A DNA stretch of 61,349 nucleotides, the filler included. It is 6 parts of 6 records of this genome, joined end to end, with 100 filler letters (N's around TTAATTAATTAA, not from the genome) between each part and the next. Parts side by side here need not be neighbours in the genome. Positions count along the whole stretch, not along the records: positions 35,936 to 43,240 come from SRR20825010_3807; positions 43,341 to 51,023 come from SRR20825010_3809; 4 more parts are not named here. One strand, written 5' to 3'. Made by a program: the position numbers and the translations under genes. The notes beneath the pieces are model-generated. The model saw only the letters and a list, made by a program, of their open reading frames with translations, was not told the DNA's origin and made no database searches. The stretch's first letter is position 1. The number at the start of each line of letters is the position of its first letter. Positions 35,936-47,012 of this stretch are shown piece by piece.

Positions 35936-35977
35936 TGCGTGCTGCGTGCTGCGTGCTGCGTGCTGTAGCGTGTAGCG
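35936..35977. repeat. Heptamer tandem repeat (TGCGTGC)x4 + (TGTAGCG)x2
   Basis: Read directly; abuts the contig start. Confidence 0.9.
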
Positions 35978-36001
35978 TGCACCAAGCCTTATACTTTCCC
36001 C

Positions 36002-36715
36002 ATGAACGCATTGATTCGCTACTTTCCCCAAGTTGACTACGATCCCTGCTGGCAAGCCATGCGGGATCTCACTGATCACCGTAATGCCCAACAGAACGAC
36101 GAGCTATGGGTACTGGAACACCCTCCGGTCTTTACCCTGGGGCAGGCCGGCAAGCCTGAACATGTGCTCAATGCGGGGGACATCCCGGTGGTAAACAGTG
36201 ACCGTGGCGGGCAGGTGACTTACCACGGCCCCGGCCAGACGGTGATTTACCTGATGCTGGATATCAAACGCCTGGGCTTGGGCAGTCGCGGCCTGGTGAC
36301 CGCCATTGAGCAAGGCATTATCGATTTCCTTGCCAGCCTAGGCATTGAGGCCGTGAATCGGGATGACGCTCCCGGGGTCTACGTAAACGGAGCCAAGATT
36401 GCGTCCCTGGGGCTGCGCATCCGCCGTGGCGCGACCTACCACGGGCTAGCCATCAACCGGGACATGGATTTGGCCCCCTGGCAGCGAATCAATCCCTGCG
36501 GCCACGTGGGCCAGCCCATGACCACCCTGCAGGCACAGGGGATCAACCTGGATCGCCCTGCTCTGGAGCAACAACTGGTGACGTTATTAACCAAACGTCT
36601 GGGGCTGACACCCCGGACAGCCCCCCCTCCAGACTGGTACAATGCCCTCCAAGAGAACGTCACCACTGGCAGCGATCCTGACAGTGCCCTGACACCGCAG
36701 CCCAAGAGACTGTAG
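36002..36715 (+). CDS. lipB: Octanoyltransferase LipB
   Basis: LEHPPVFTLG, DRGGQVTYHGPGQ, KIASLG, HGLAIN, INPCG. Confidence 0.97.
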   Translation: MNALIRYFPQVDYDPCWQAMRDLTDHRNAQQNDELWVLEHPPVFTLGQAGKPEHVLNAGDIPVVNSDRGGQVTYHGPGQTVIYLMLDIKRLGLGSRGLVTAIEQGIIDFLASLGIEAVNRDDAPGVYVNGAKIASLGLRIRRGATYHGLAINRDMDLAPWQRINPCGHVGQPMTTLQAQGINLDRPALEQQLVTLLTKRLGLTPRTAPPPDWYNALQENVTTGSDPDSALTPQPKRL

Positions 36716-36775
36716 CCCACAGACACAGATGCCTGCCCCACCCTTTCGGCAGCACCCGACGGCAATGGAAACCCC

Positions 36776-37753
36776 ATGAGCGAACAGGCCCAAGCCAAAC
36801 GCAAAGTGCAAATCGGTGACAAACTACGCGGCGCCGACAAGGTCCGCACGATCCCCATGGTTAACGAAGAAAGCGGCTATCAACGCAAGCCGGACTGGAT
36901 TCGTGTGCGCGTTCCCGCCAACGGCGAGATCCAGCGCATCAAGTCGCTGCTGCGCAAACAGAAACTGCACACCGTTTGCGAAGAAGCCGCGTGCCCCAAT
37001 TTGCCGGAATGCTTCGGCGGCGGCACAGCCACCTTCATGATCATGGGGGACATCTGCACCCGTCGCTGCGCCTTCTGCGATGTGGGCTTTGGCCGCCCCA
37101 ATGCCCTGGACGCAGAAGAGCCTTTGCACCTGGCAGAGTCAGTGGAAAACCTGGGCCTGAATTATGTGGTGATCACTTCGGTGGACCGGGATGATCTGGC
37201 CGACGGCGGCGCAGAACATTTTGCCGAATGCATCCGCCAGGTACGCACGCGCACTCCGGACACTCGCATCGAAATTCTCACTCCGGACTTCCGCCCCTGC
37301 CTGGATACCGCCGTGGAGATTCTCAGCGAGACCGCACCGGACGTGTTCAACCACAACATCGAGACAGTCCCGGAACTGTACAAGCACATTCGGCCCGGTG
37401 CCCGATACCAGCATTCACTGGATCTGCTCAAGCGCTACAAGGCGCTGCGCCCGGACGTGAGCACCAAAAGCGGCATCATGGTGGGGCTGGGCGAAACCTT
37501 TGAGCAGGTCATCAACACCATCAAAGACTTGCGCGCCCACGACGTGAACATGATCACCATTGGCCAGTACCTGCAACCGAGCAAGCATCACGCCCCGGTT
37601 GAACGCTTCGTGCATCCGGACGAGTTCCGTGAATACGCCCGCGTAGCCAACGAACTGGGCTTTACCTCGGTGGCTTCCGGCCCCATGGTGCGCAGCTCCT
37701 ATCATGCTGATTTACAACATAAAGGCGTCGATGTGGGGCTGCACAAGCCCTGA
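36776..37753 (+). CDS. lipA: Lipoyl synthase
   Basis: [27 protein letters not shown]. Confidence 0.98.
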   Translation: MSEQAQAKRKVQIGDKLRGADKVRTIPMVNEESGYQRKPDWIRVRVPANGEIQRIKSLLRKQKLHTVCEEAACPNLPECFGGGTATFMIMGDICTRRCAFCDVGFGRPNALDAEEPLHLAESVENLGLNYVVITSVDRDDLADGGAEHFAECIRQVRTRTPDTRIEILTPDFRPCLDTAVEILSETAPDVFNHNIETVPELYKHIRPGARYQHSLDLLKRYKALRPDVSTKSGIMVGLGETFEQVINTIKDLRAHDVNMITIGQYLQPSKHHAPVERFVHPDEFREYARVANELGFTSVASGPMVRSSYHADLQHKGVDVGLHKP

Positions 37754-37757
37754 GCCT

Positions 37758-37784
37758 ACGGCCACGCCCCGGGCGTGGCCGTTT
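37758..37784 (+). terminator. Hairpin after lipA
   Basis: ACGGCCACGCCC-C-GGGCGTGGCCGT then TT. Confidence 0.6.
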
Positions 37785-37909
37785 AAATTTACATTTCCCA
37801 CACTGTCGGTCCACTGACCCGGCCGCGGCTTTGCATTACGCTAGCGTTCAGTTCAACCCGCATTAATCCCGGCGGTTGTTGCCGTTACGATTTTTAAGGT
37901 TCCCGTGTC

Positions 37910-39406
37910 ATGCCGAGAAGTGCAGTCCGCAGACAATCCCCCGCTTTTTTCTTGTTGGTCCTCTCCCTGGTCAGCACCCTGCTTGCCCGCCCCATACAGG
38001 CGGAAGTACCTGCACCGGTGATGGCCCCCGTGCTGGATGTGGCAAAAGAGCTGCAACTGCCCGAAACCGATCTGGCCGTGGCCTCGATTCCACTGGATGG
38101 CCCCGGAAAGGCCCGCTTCATGAACGCCGACATGCCATTGAATCCCGGCTCCATCATGAAGGTCATCACCACCTACGCTGCCCTGGAACTGCTCGGCCCC
38201 ACCTTTCAGTGGCACACCCGCCTCTACACTGACGGCATCATTGAAGGCGAGACGCTGAACGGCAACCTGTACTTTGTCGGCAGCGGCGACCCAAAACTCA
38301 CCGAAGAACGGCTGTGGTTGTTACTGCGTGAGTTACGCGCCATGGGCGTCAAACATATCGCCGGTGATCTGATTCTCGATGGCAGCGTTTTCAACCTGCC
38401 CAATGGCATCGCCGACTTCAACGATGACGGCGACAACCCCAATGCGCCCTTTCTGGTGGAGCCCAACGGCCTGCTCACCAACCTGAATGTCCTGCGCATT
38501 CGCGCTCGTGCAGACAACCGGGGCATCCACACCTGGACCGAGCCCGCGCTGAACGGCATCACCATCGACAACCAGCTGGTGTTCCGCGACTACGGCCGCT
38601 GCCCGCGACGCTATCAATTCGACTATGAACCCGTTGAGGCAGAAAACGGCACCACCACGATTACCGTCACCGGCGTACTGCCCAAAGGCTGCAGCACCAG
38701 CAGCTACCTGTCCGTGCTCAGCCAGCAGAACTATACCGGCGCCCTGCTGACCAGCCTGTGGCAACAGCTGGGCGGCACCCTGGCCGGCACTACCCGGGAA
38801 GGCCTGCGCCCCCGGGAGGAGACCGAACTGCTGGTGACCACCTCCTCGCGGGATCTGGTCACCATGGTCCGCGATATCAACAAATGGAGTAACAACGTGA
38901 TGGTGCGTCAGGTGTTCCTGACCCTGGGCGCCAAACGTCGCCAGCCCGGAGACAAGGATGATCTGGCCGCTGCAGAGCGGGAAATCCGTGCCTGGCTGGC
39001 CAGCAAAGGCATCGATAATCGAACCATGGTATTTGAAAACGGCGCGGGCCTGTCACGGATTGAACGCATCACCGCCCGACAAATGGCGCTGTTGTTGCAA
39101 CATGCCTGGGAAAGTCGCTTTGCCGCAGAACTGATTGCCTCCCTGCCGCTGGTGGCCATGGACGGCACCATGCGCCGGCGCCTGGGCAACGCCGATATGG
39201 CCGGCATGGGCCACATCAAGACCGGCTCACTGCGTAACGTCCGTTCCATTGCCGGCTTTACCCGCGATGAGGACAACACCACCTGGGCGGTAGTCGCCAT
39301 GGTCAACAACCCGCGCGCGTGGCAAACCGAGCCGGTACTGGACGCCTTCATTGAGCAGGTGCACCTGTCGACCCGTCCACCCAGCATCAGTACCGCCAGC
39401 CAATAA
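37910..39406 (+). CDS. dacB: D-Ala-D-Ala carboxypeptidase/endopeptidase PBP4 (S13)
   Basis: PGSIMK, GSGDP, KWSNN, GAGLSR, IKTGSL. Confidence 0.93.
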   Translation: MPRSAVRRQSPAFFLLVLSLVSTLLARPIQAEVPAPVMAPVLDVAKELQLPETDLAVASIPLDGPGKARFMNADMPLNPGSIMKVITTYAALELLGPTFQWHTRLYTDGIIEGETLNGNLYFVGSGDPKLTEERLWLLLRELRAMGVKHIAGDLILDGSVFNLPNGIADFNDDGDNPNAPFLVEPNGLLTNLNVLRIRARADNRGIHTWTEPALNGITIDNQLVFRDYGRCPRRYQFDYEPVEAENGTTTITVTGVLPKGCSTSSYLSVLSQQNYTGALLTSLWQQLGGTLAGTTREGLRPREETELLVTTSSRDLVTMVRDINKWSNNVMVRQVFLTLGAKRRQPGDKDDLAAAEREIRAWLASKGIDNRTMVFENGAGLSRIERITARQMALLLQHAWESRFAAELIASLPLVAMDGTMRRRLGNADMAGMGHIKTGSLRNVRSIAGFTRDEDNTTWAVVAMVNNPRAWQTEPVLDAFIEQVHLSTRPPSISTASQ

Positions 39407-39524
39407 AGGGCCCGCCCCGTCTTGCCATGATGGTCACGGGGTTCTCTGCTATGCTCCCGACACACTGAGACGTCTTGCAGCGCACGATTCAATGCACAAC
39501 GCACGCAACAGGGTGCGCTGAGAC

Positions 39525-40211
39525 ATGGCAGAGAGCCCTACTATGATTACTGTGCATCATCTGGAAAACTCCCGTTCCCTGCGTATCGTCTGGCTGCTTG
39601 AAGAGTTGGGCCTGGACTACGAAATCAAGCATTACGCCCGCAATCCGAAGACCATGCTGGCCCCAGCCGAGTTGCGCAAGATTCATCCTTTGGGCAAGTC
39701 CCCGGTCATCACCGATGGCGACACCGTCATTGCCGAATCCGGCACCATTATCGAATACCTGGTACAGCGCTACGGCAACGGCCAATGGCAGCCCGCGCCA
39801 GAGGATGACCAATGGCTGAACTACCGCTACTGGCTGCATTATGCCGAAGGCTCATTGATGCCCTTGCTGGTCATGAAGCTGATCTTCAGCCATATTGCCA
39901 AAGCCCCCATGCCCTTTTTTGCCAAACCCATCGCCAAAAAAATCAGTGGCAAGGTCACCGGCACCATGCTGGACCCGCAGCTGAAAAATCACCTCGCCGT
40001 CATTGAACAGCACCTGGCAACGCAGACCTGGTTTGCCGGCGACAGCCCGTCCGGGGCCGACATCCTGATGAGCTTTCCCCTGCAGGCGGCCTCTGCCCGT
40101 GCGGACCTGAGCCAGCTGCCTTCGATCCAGCGCTTTGTGGCACAGATGGAAGCACGCCCGGCCTACCAGAAAGCGGTGGAACGGGCCGGCCCGCTGACGC
40201 CGATGCGTTAA
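39525..40211 (+). CDS. Glutathione S-transferase
   Basis: HHLENSRS, HPLGKSPV, AESG. Confidence 0.93.
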   Translation: MAESPTMITVHHLENSRSLRIVWLLEELGLDYEIKHYARNPKTMLAPAELRKIHPLGKSPVITDGDTVIAESGTIIEYLVQRYGNGQWQPAPEDDQWLNYRYWLHYAEGSLMPLLVMKLIFSHIAKAPMPFFAKPIAKKISGKVTGTMLDPQLKNHLAVIEQHLATQTWFAGDSPSGADILMSFPLQAASARADLSQLPSIQRFVAQMEARPAYQKAVERAGPLTPMR

Positions 40212-40221
40212 CAGGACAACC

Positions 40222-40902
40222 ATGACTCAGGCACCAGAAGACGCCATTCTGGCCAGCTGGGCGGCCAATGCCGCCCCCTGGATCGCCCTGCTGCAAGGCT
40301 GTGGCATCGCCAGCCGCCAGACCACCAATCCGGCAATCATCAATGCCATTAATCGCTACCAGCCAGACTCGGTGCTGGATGTGGGCTGCGGCGAGGGGTG
40401 GCTGTGCCGGGCACTGGCCGCAGAAAATAACGCGCCGTCCACCGCGATCACCGGCGTGGATGCCATTGCCGCGTTGGTGGAAAACGCCCGGGCACAGCAC
40501 CCCGGCGGCACCTACCTGTGCGGTGACTATTCGCGATTATCCAGTGCCCTGAACGGCCAGACATTTGCCGTTATCGTATGCAATTTTTCTCTCTTTGGTG
40601 AGCATTCCGTTGCGCAAGTACTCGCAACGCTAAAACAACACCTGCGCGCTGACGGCACCCTGCTGATACAAACCCTGCATCCCCTCATAGCCTGCAACGG
40701 AGACTACCGTTCAGGCTGGCGCACCGGTAGCTGGGCCGGCTGTAGTGACGCCTTCCATGACGCCCCACCCTGGTATTTCCGCACATTGTCGGATTGGCTG
40801 GCACTTCTTCAGCAACAGGGTTTGCGCGTTTACATGGAAGAACCCCTGGATCCGCAAACGCACACGCCCTTGTCTGTTATCTTCCACGCCCGGCAGCCAT
40901 AA
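40222..40902 (+). CDS. Class I SAM-dependent methyltransferase
   Basis: VLDVGCGEGW. Confidence 0.88.
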   Translation: MTQAPEDAILASWAANAAPWIALLQGCGIASRQTTNPAIINAINRYQPDSVLDVGCGEGWLCRALAAENNAPSTAITGVDAIAALVENARAQHPGGTYLCGDYSRLSSALNGQTFAVIVCNFSLFGEHSVAQVLATLKQHLRADGTLLIQTLHPLIACNGDYRSGWRTGSWAGCSDAFHDAPPWYFRTLSDWLALLQQQGLRVYMEEPLDPQTHTPLSVIFHARQP

Positions 40903-41034
40903 ACCCTCCCGCTCCGGCCCGCTACAGTAATCCCACAAGCTATAACAAAGTCACGATGGTTAACCTTGCCCGTGCTTTATAGGATTGCCACAGAATCGTT
41001 CGCACTCCAACAATAATCACAGTGTGGCTGCCCC

Positions 41035-41247
41035 ATGATACTGCTCTATTTCGCTGTCAGTTTTCTTATCGGTCTGTTACTTCTGCAAGGCCTGAACCGG
41101 CTCCTTCGCATCCCTTTTTCAACCACAAAGACTCCGTCGGCCTTTCGCGTTCAGCAACCTGCCGATCGGGGCTGCGACGTTGATAACACCCTTCCCGCAT
41201 TAAACCTGGCGCTGCTCTCCACCCGGCAACCCACACAACACCGTTAA
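41035..41247 (+). CDS. Possible small membrane-anchored protein
   Basis: Hydrophobic N-terminus; no other support. Confidence 0.35.
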   Translation: MILLYFAVSFLIGLLLLQGLNRLLRIPFSTTKTPSAFRVQQPADRGCDVDNTLPALNLALLSTRQPTQHR

Positions 41248-41366
41248 CGCTTCACCGTACCCTGAAGGTGATGAACCAGCACAAATATTCAAAAACTGTT
41301 AAACCAGCGAACCAAACGGCAAAAGCGTATTCTAAGCAGTAATACAGAAGGGAAACCTGCAAGGGA

Positions 41367-41813
41367 GTGATGTTCATGAAGACTTATTTCGCCGCCGCCG
41401 TTCTCGGCTGCACCGTTGCGTTTGCCGGCTGCCAGAGCCAGCCTGAAGCACCGATCAACCCAACCGCCCAGAAAGAGATCTACAGTGGGATGCTTCCCTG
41501 TGCAGACTGCTCCGGTATTCGCACCACGTTAACCCTGTACCGGGATCAGTACGATAGCCCCACCCGCTTCGAGCTGCGAGAAGAGTACATGAGCGGCTCC
41601 ACCGTGAAACTGAATGCCGTGGAACGGGGTGACTGGGCATCGCGCAAATACCAGGAAGGTGTTACCCAGGAAGACGTCTACACTATCAACCCCGAGGCCG
41701 ATGACGACGCCCAACGCCAGTATCTCAAGGACGCGGTCAATGCCATTGAGCAACTGGACCAGTCCGGCAACCGGATCGAATCGAACCTGAATTACCGTTT
41801 GCTCAGCAAATAA
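41367..41813 (+). CDS. NlpE N-terminal domain lipoprotein
   Basis: Lipobox FAGC; YSGMLPCADCSGI; LDQSGNRI...NYRL. Confidence 0.88.
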   Translation: MMFMKTYFAAAVLGCTVAFAGCQSQPEAPINPTAQKEIYSGMLPCADCSGIRTTLTLYRDQYDSPTRFELREEYMSGSTVKLNAVERGDWASRKYQEGVTQEDVYTINPEADDDAQRQYLKDAVNAIEQLDQSGNRIESNLNYRLLSK

Positions 41814-41829
41814 TCCGTATCGGTAGAAC

Positions 41830-41853
41830 AAAAAGGCGCTTCGGCGCCTTTTT
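41830..41853 (+). terminator. Intrinsic terminator
   Basis: AAAAAGGCGC-TTCG-GCGCCTTTTT. Confidence 0.85.
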
Positions 41854-42114
41854 CGTGCCCACTCCCTCGTCAGCCCTTTTACCTGCGGCATTTTGCCGCT
41901 ACCTGTGAATACATCCCAAATAGGAATGACTTGCATTAAGAGAGTAAAACTCTTAGTATTGCGAACCCTATTCAACCCTTGACGCTAATGTAATTGCCGC
42001 GCGCCACCCTGTGACGCCCTGTCATCAGGCTTCCATTATTACGCGGTAGACTACATAAGCCTTTGTGTACCCAAGACCGGGCACCTGATCATTTGCCCAT
42101 AGCTGGAGTTTTCC

Positions 42115-42789
42115 ATGCCCCCAATTTCCCTGCACTTGCCGGAATGGTTTGTCAGTGGCGGCGCCACCATGTGGGTCCTCGCCCTGTTGTCCGTGATTGC
42201 CCTGGCCACGCTGATTTCCAAGATCCTGCAATTTGCCCGTATCCGCCCCGGCAACAGCCGCCAGGCGGACCAGCTGCTCAACGCGCTGCGTCAGGGCAAG
42301 CAACCCGGCGAGCCCGCTGGCAAACTGAACAGCCCCATCGACCGGGTTCTCTGGCAGTGCTGGCAAAACCGTAATCTGGACGAAGCGGCCTGGCAGGAAG
42401 AGAGCCTACGCCTGGCACGCAGTGGTCTGGATGAATTACGCGGCGGTTTGCGGGTGTTGGAAGTAATCAGCGCCATCGCCCCGTTGCTGGGTCTGCTGGG
42501 TACCGTATTCGGCATGATCGGTGCGTTCCAGGCATTGGAAACCGCCGGCTCACAGGTGGACCCGTCCATTCTGTCCGGGGGTATCTGGGAAGCCCTGCTC
42601 ACCACCGCCGCTGGCCTGACCGTGGCGATCCCGACGTTGGCCGCGTTCCACTGGGCCGACCGCACCATCGAGCAATGCCGCGAAAAGATGCAGGACCGCT
42701 TGTCCCGCCTGAAAGTACTGCGCAACAACCACACGGCTCCCGAACCTCTGGAAGAGGATCGCGACCCGTCGGTGTCGCATGCATATTGA
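42115..42789 (+). CDS. exbB: MotA/TolQ/ExbB proton channel
   Basis: APLLGLLGTVFGMI, GIWEALLTTAAGL.VAIP. Confidence 0.88.
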   Translation: MPPISLHLPEWFVSGGATMWVLALLSVIALATLISKILQFARIRPGNSRQADQLLNALRQGKQPGEPAGKLNSPIDRVLWQCWQNRNLDEAAWQEESLRLARSGLDELRGGLRVLEVISAIAPLLGLLGTVFGMIGAFQALETAGSQVDPSILSGGIWEALLTTAAGLTVAIPTLAAFHWADRTIEQCREKMQDRLSRLKVLRNNHTAPEPLEEDRDPSVSHAY

Positions 42790-43159
42790 ACCGGAGCGTC
42801 ATCGCACGCCCTTTATCAGCCTGACACCACTGATTGATGTGGTGTTCATCCTGCTGGTGTTCTTTATGCTCGCTACCCGTTTCGGCCAGTACCACGATCT
42901 GCCCGTGAACGTTCAGCCTGCAGACAGCACCGAGCAGCCAGATGAACACTGGCTGGTGGTTGAAGTGCAGGCCAGTGGCATGCTGACCCTCAATGGCGTC
43001 AGCTTTACCCCGGCTGCCGTGGCCGACCGCCTGGACACCAGCAAGACCAAGGTGTGGGTCACCGTGAATCCGGACGCCACCCTGCAACAGGCACTGACCG
43101 CTGTCGACGCCATGAAAGCCGCCGGCGTTCGCGATGTACAACTGGAGCTGTTGCCATGA
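42779..43159 (+). CDS. exbD: ExbD/TolR family protein
   Basis: LTPLIDVVFILLVFFM. Confidence 0.9.
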   Translation: MHIEPERHRTPFISLTPLIDVVFILLVFFMLATRFGQYHDLPVNVQPADSTEQPDEHWLVVEVQASGMLTLNGVSFTPAAVADRLDTSKTKVWVTVNPDATLQQALTAVDAMKAAGVRDVQLELLP

Positions 43160-43240
43160 TGATCATGGAAACCTCATCACGCAGACCGCCCCTGGAGCCG
43201 GTACTGCCACTGATCAATGTGGTCTTCCTGCTGTTGATCT
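43156..43240 (+). CDS. exbD: Second ExbD-like protein (3'-truncated)
   Basis: VLPLINVVFLLLI. Confidence 0.75.
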
Positions 43241-43340
43241 NNNNNNNNNNNNNNNNNNNNNNNNNNNNNNNNNNNNNNNNNNNNTTAATTAATTAANNNN
43301 NNNNNNNNNNNNNNNNNNNNNNNNNNNNNNNNNNNNNNNN

Positions 43341-43712
43341 GAGCAGGACTATATCGACGCGGCGCGTGCCCGCATCGACGCCGTCGAGCCGCTCGGCAAG
43401 AACGAACTCACGGTGATGACCGGCAAACGCGCCGAGCCGCGCGTCGCCTTCAACGTGCTGATCGAGGCCGGCCATGTCAAACCGGGCGATGTGCTGTTCG
43501 ACGCCAAGCGCAAGCACCAGGCGATCGTCCGCGCCGACGGCACGCTGGCAGCGGGCGGTCAGGCCGGTTCGATCCACAAGGTCGGCGCGCTGGTGCAGGG
43601 CTTCGACGCCTGCAACGGCTGGACCTTCTGGCATGTCGAAACCGCCGACGGCCTCAAGCTGATCGATGATTTCCGCGCCGCGATCCGTCAGGAGATGGCG
43701 CGCGCCGGGTAA
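43341..43712 (+). CDS. ccrM: Cell-cycle DNA methyltransferase CcrM, C-terminal part
   Basis: [31 protein letters not shown]; neighbours mutY as in rhizobia. Confidence 0.9.
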   Translation, partial: EQDYIDAARARIDAVEPLGKNELTVMTGKRAEPRVAFNVLIEAGHVKPGDVLFDAKRKHQAIVRADGTLAAGGQAGSIHKVGALVQGFDACNGWTFWHVETADGLKLIDDFRAAIRQEMARAG

Positions 43713-43855
43713 TGTCCGGCAAAGAGATCCGGCGGGCGTCAAGTACCTTCAGTCACCGCCGGGGCATGCAGCGCCCGGGATGTGTCGCGCATCCCGGGCG
43801 TCCGCGTTCCGGGAAAGCCTGGTCTCGAATGCAGTGGCTTGCCGCTTGTCCGGGA

Positions 43856-44476
43856 TCAGATCGCGTTCAGCGCCTTGAGGTCCTCGCGCAGTTTCTCCGC
43901 GCCGGTGAAGTGCACCGCCTGCCAGCCGGCGGCAATGGCGCCGTCCACATTCGGCCGGCTGTCGTCGATGAACAGGCATTCGGCCGGATCGAGGTCGAAA
44001 CTCGCCACATGGGTGTCGTAGATCTCCCGGTCCGGCTTGATCATCCCGATCTCGCCCGAAACCGTGACGCCGCGCGGCACCTTGAGAAACGGAAATCGCT
44101 CCTTCGCTTCCTTGAAGGTGTCGGCGGCGAAATTGGTCAGCATCGTCACGTCGCGGCCCTGCTGGATCAGGTCGAGCATGATGTCGACGCTGTCGTCATA
44201 GGCGTGGCTGACCATCTCGTGCCAGTGCAGCCGGAAGGCGCGGATCAGCCCGGCCTTGTCGGGAAACTGCTCGATCAGCAGCGCCTCGGCATCGGGCCAA
44301 CTGCGGCCGCGGTCCTGCTCCAGGTTCCATTCATGGGTGCAGACGGTCTCGAAGAACGCGGTGCGCTCCGCCTCGTCGGGGATCAGCCGGCTGAAAGGAA
44401 TGTTCGGATCGTAATGGATCAGCACCTTGCCGATATCGAACACGATGTGGCTGACTGGCCGTCTTGTCTCGCTCAT
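43856..44476 (-). CDS. HAD family phosphatase
   Basis: VFDIGKVL, LTN, IKPD, FIDD. Confidence 0.9.
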   Translation of the reverse strand: MSETRRPVSHIVFDIGKVLIHYDPNIPFSRLIPDEAERTAFFETVCTHEWNLEQDRGRSWPDAEALLIEQFPDKAGLIRAFRLHWHEMVSHAYDDSVDIMLDLIQQGRDVTMLTNFAADTFKEAKERFPFLKVPRGVTVSGEIGMIKPDREIYDTHVASFDLDPAECLFIDDSRPNVDGAIAAGWQAVHFTGAEKLREDLKALNAI

Positions 44477-45570
44477 GACTTGCCTTTTCTGAACAATGCG
44501 GGGTAGGCGGCGCCAAGCGCCTTTTTCATCACCGTGGGCAACGCTTCGCCGGGCAGCGAATCGCTGTCACTCCACCAGCCCTCATGGTCGGGGATGGCGG
44601 TGACAACCGCATGAAAAACCTCAAGCCGCAATTCAAAATGTGTAAACACATGTGAAATGACGCCCTTGCTGCGCCAGCCGGCCTGAAACGGCGCGGATTT
44701 TGCCCCGGTTTCGCCGTCGGCGCGCACCGTCCAGTTGGTGGTCGGCACCCCGGTCATGCCGCCGAGCAGGCCCTTGTCCGGACGCTTGACCAAGAGCACC
44801 GCGCCATCGCCGCGTTCGGCCACGAAGGCGGCGCCGAGGCGCACGGGTTTGGTCTTTTTCGGAAGTTTGACCGGAAACTGCTCCTGCCGTCCGGATTTTC
44901 GCGCCTGGCAGTCCTTGGTGAGCGGGCACAGCGCGCAGGCGGGCCGCTTCGGCGTGCAGATCGTGGCGCCAAGATCCATCAGCGCCTGGGCGAAGTCGCC
45001 GGGTCGGTCGGCCGGTGTCGCCTCGGCGACAAAGGCACGGATTTCCCCTTTGGCCGAGGGCAGCGGCGTTTCGATCTCGAAAAGCCGTGTGAACACCCGC
45101 TCGATATTGCCGTCGACCACCGCCGCCGGCCGGTCGAACGCAATCGCCGCGATCGCCGCCGCCGTATAGGGGCCGATGCCGGGCAGGCTCAGCAGTCCTT
45201 CCTCGGTGTCGGGAAACCGGCCGTTGTGATCCGCGGCGACCACATCGGCGCAGCGCTTCAGATTGCGGGCGCGGGAATAGTATCCGAGGCCGGCCCAGGC
45301 CTTCATCACGTCTTCGGTCTGGGCCGCCGCCAGATCCGCGACGGTCGGCCAGCGGTCCACGAAGGCGGTAAAATAGGGTTTGACCGCCTGCACGGTGGTT
45401 TGCTGCAGCATGATCTCCGAAAGCCAGACCCGGTAGGGATCGGCGACAACGCCGTGTGCGCGTTCATCCGGGCTGATCCGCCAGGGTAGTGCTCGGGCAT
45501 GCCGGTCATACCAGGCAAGCAGCGGGGTGGCGATACCGGGCGCGGTCTTGGGGAGCTTTGCGGGTGACAT
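44473..45570 (-). CDS. mutY: A/G-specific adenine glycosylase
   Basis: WLSEIMLQQT, WAGLGYYSRARN, LPGIGPYTA, VDGN, C-X6-C-X2-C-X5-C. Confidence 0.97.
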   Translation of the reverse strand: MSPAKLPKTAPGIATPLLAWYDRHARALPWRISPDERAHGVVADPYRVWLSEIMLQQTTVQAVKPYFTAFVDRWPTVADLAAAQTEDVMKAWAGLGYYSRARNLKRCADVVAADHNGRFPDTEEGLLSLPGIGPYTAAAIAAIAFDRPAAVVDGNIERVFTRLFEIETPLPSAKGEIRAFVAEATPADRPGDFAQALMDLGATICTPKRPACALCPLTKDCQARKSGRQEQFPVKLPKKTKPVRLGAAFVAERGDGAVLLVKRPDKGLLGGMTGVPTTNWTVRADGETGAKSAPFQAGWRSKGVISHVFTHFELRLEVFHAVVTAIPDHEGWWSDSDSLPGEALPTVMKKALGAAYPALFRKGKS

Positions 45571-45831
45571 TGAACTCGTTGAATGATGCTCTGGCGGCTA
45601 CCGGGAGATAGCGCGCCGAATGGCTTGCACAAGCCCGGATCATGTCGTGCATATCACTCGCGCGCAATCGATAGAAACTGTTTTCCCGGCGTAACGTTCG
45701 CCAGCGGTTCTCCCGGTATATTCGAGCTGGCGCCCGACTTTCCCGCCGGCCCCGGACGAGTCAAATGCCCGACTGGCGCCATTCAAGGGGCGACAGTCGG
45801 GCACTGCGTTGGCACGGTGCAGTTATGCCTG

Positions 45832-46014
45832 CTAGACCCTGTTGCGTCCGGCGAGCAGCCAGATCAGCAGACCGATCACCGGCAGGAGCAGGATGACCAG
45901 GATCCACACCACCTTCGTGGCGGTGGACCCGCCGCCCTTGATGATCTGAAGGATTGCCCAGATATCGAGGATCAGGATGATGATGCCCAGAATTCCGCTA
46001 TATTCAAAACCCAT
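45832..46014 (-). CDS. Small PLDc_N-domain membrane protein
   Basis: LDIWAI...KVVWILVILLLPVIG; GGAG SD. Confidence 0.85.
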   Translation of the reverse strand: MGFEYSGILGIIILILDIWAILQIIKGGGSTATKVVWILVILLLPVIGLLIWLLAGRNRV

Positions 46015-46285
46015 GTCAATTTCTCCAAGTATGGTCGCGCCTGTATGAAGCGATATGTCAGACAAACTGTCCTGAACGGAAAAGGTTCCATCGTGCGAGC
46101 ACCGCGCATGCGCAAACCCGCGCTTGATCTGCAGGTCGCGCCAAGGGATCTCGTTCGTGATACAGTTGTCCTGGCTGAAACCGGCCCGGGCTTTCCCCGG
46201 GCTTTCCCCGCGCTTTCAATGAGCGTGGTTTCGCGCTATTCCGGGTAGCGTACAGGGGCTGGCCCGGTATTGCGCCGGCCGGCAT

Positions 46286-46813
46286 GTGAGCAGAGGCAGA
46301 GCTGTGGCTAAACCGTTCACCCGCAAGGGCAGCGTCCAGATCGCCGAAATCGCCAACGGCCTGATCGATCCGATCCTGGCCAGGCGCGCCGGCATCAACA
46401 CGCTGCTGCTCGGATCCTGGGACGAGATTGCCGGAGAACAGTTTGCCGGCTGTTCCCGGCCCGAGCGCATCCGCTGGCCGCGTCAGGACGGACCGGACGA
46501 GACCGGCGGCGGTTTCGCGCCCGGCCTGCTGACCATTGCCTGCGAAGGCGCGCGCGCGCTGTTTCTCATGCATCAGGAAGCGGAATTGATTTCGCGGGTC
46601 AACAGCTTCTTCGGCTTCCGCGCCATTTCCCAGATCCGCATCGTCCAGAAGGCGGTCAACATCCCGCCGCGCAAGCCGAAGGCGCGGCCGCTCGATGCGA
46701 AGGAGAAGAACCGCCTTGCCTCGATGCTGGCCGAGGTCGAGGACCCGCGTCTGCGCGCGGCGCTGGAGCGGCTGGGCACCGGCGTCATCGGCCGCTCGCC
46801 AAGGCAGCGATAG
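46286..46813 (+). CDS. DUF721/DciA family protein
   Basis: WDEIAG, RPERIRW, LISRVNSFFG; lies between mutY and dsbA. Confidence 0.85.
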   Translation: MSRGRAVAKPFTRKGSVQIAEIANGLIDPILARRAGINTLLLGSWDEIAGEQFAGCSRPERIRWPRQDGPDETGGGFAPGLLTIACEGARALFLMHQEAELISRVNSFFGFRAISQIRIVQKAVNIPPRKPKARPLDAKEKNRLASMLAEVEDPRLRAALERLGTGVIGRSPRQR

Positions 46814-47012
46814 GAAGCTGGAGCTCGCAGCGCCGGCTGCTGATCACGCCTGCGTGATCATCTTGCACTTGTTTGGCCACATTTGACGTTATAGGACTTG
46901 GAGCAGGACCGGCGTCCGGCTCTTGCGGGCAGACGCCGGGCGCTCGCGCGGCATTTGCGTATCTGTCTTGCGGGCGTTGATGGCCACAATTTCCACAGAA
47001 TGGGTGACTTGC

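Noticed and set aside
35936-35977. Heptamer tandem repeat as a novel element
   Set aside because: Simple intergenic VNTR at a contig break; its full length and context are not visible
41921-41975. Fur box or cobalamin riboswitch upstream of exbB
   Set aside because: Best Fur match (around AATGACTTGCATT) is only about 10/19 by eye; no B12-box motifs seen
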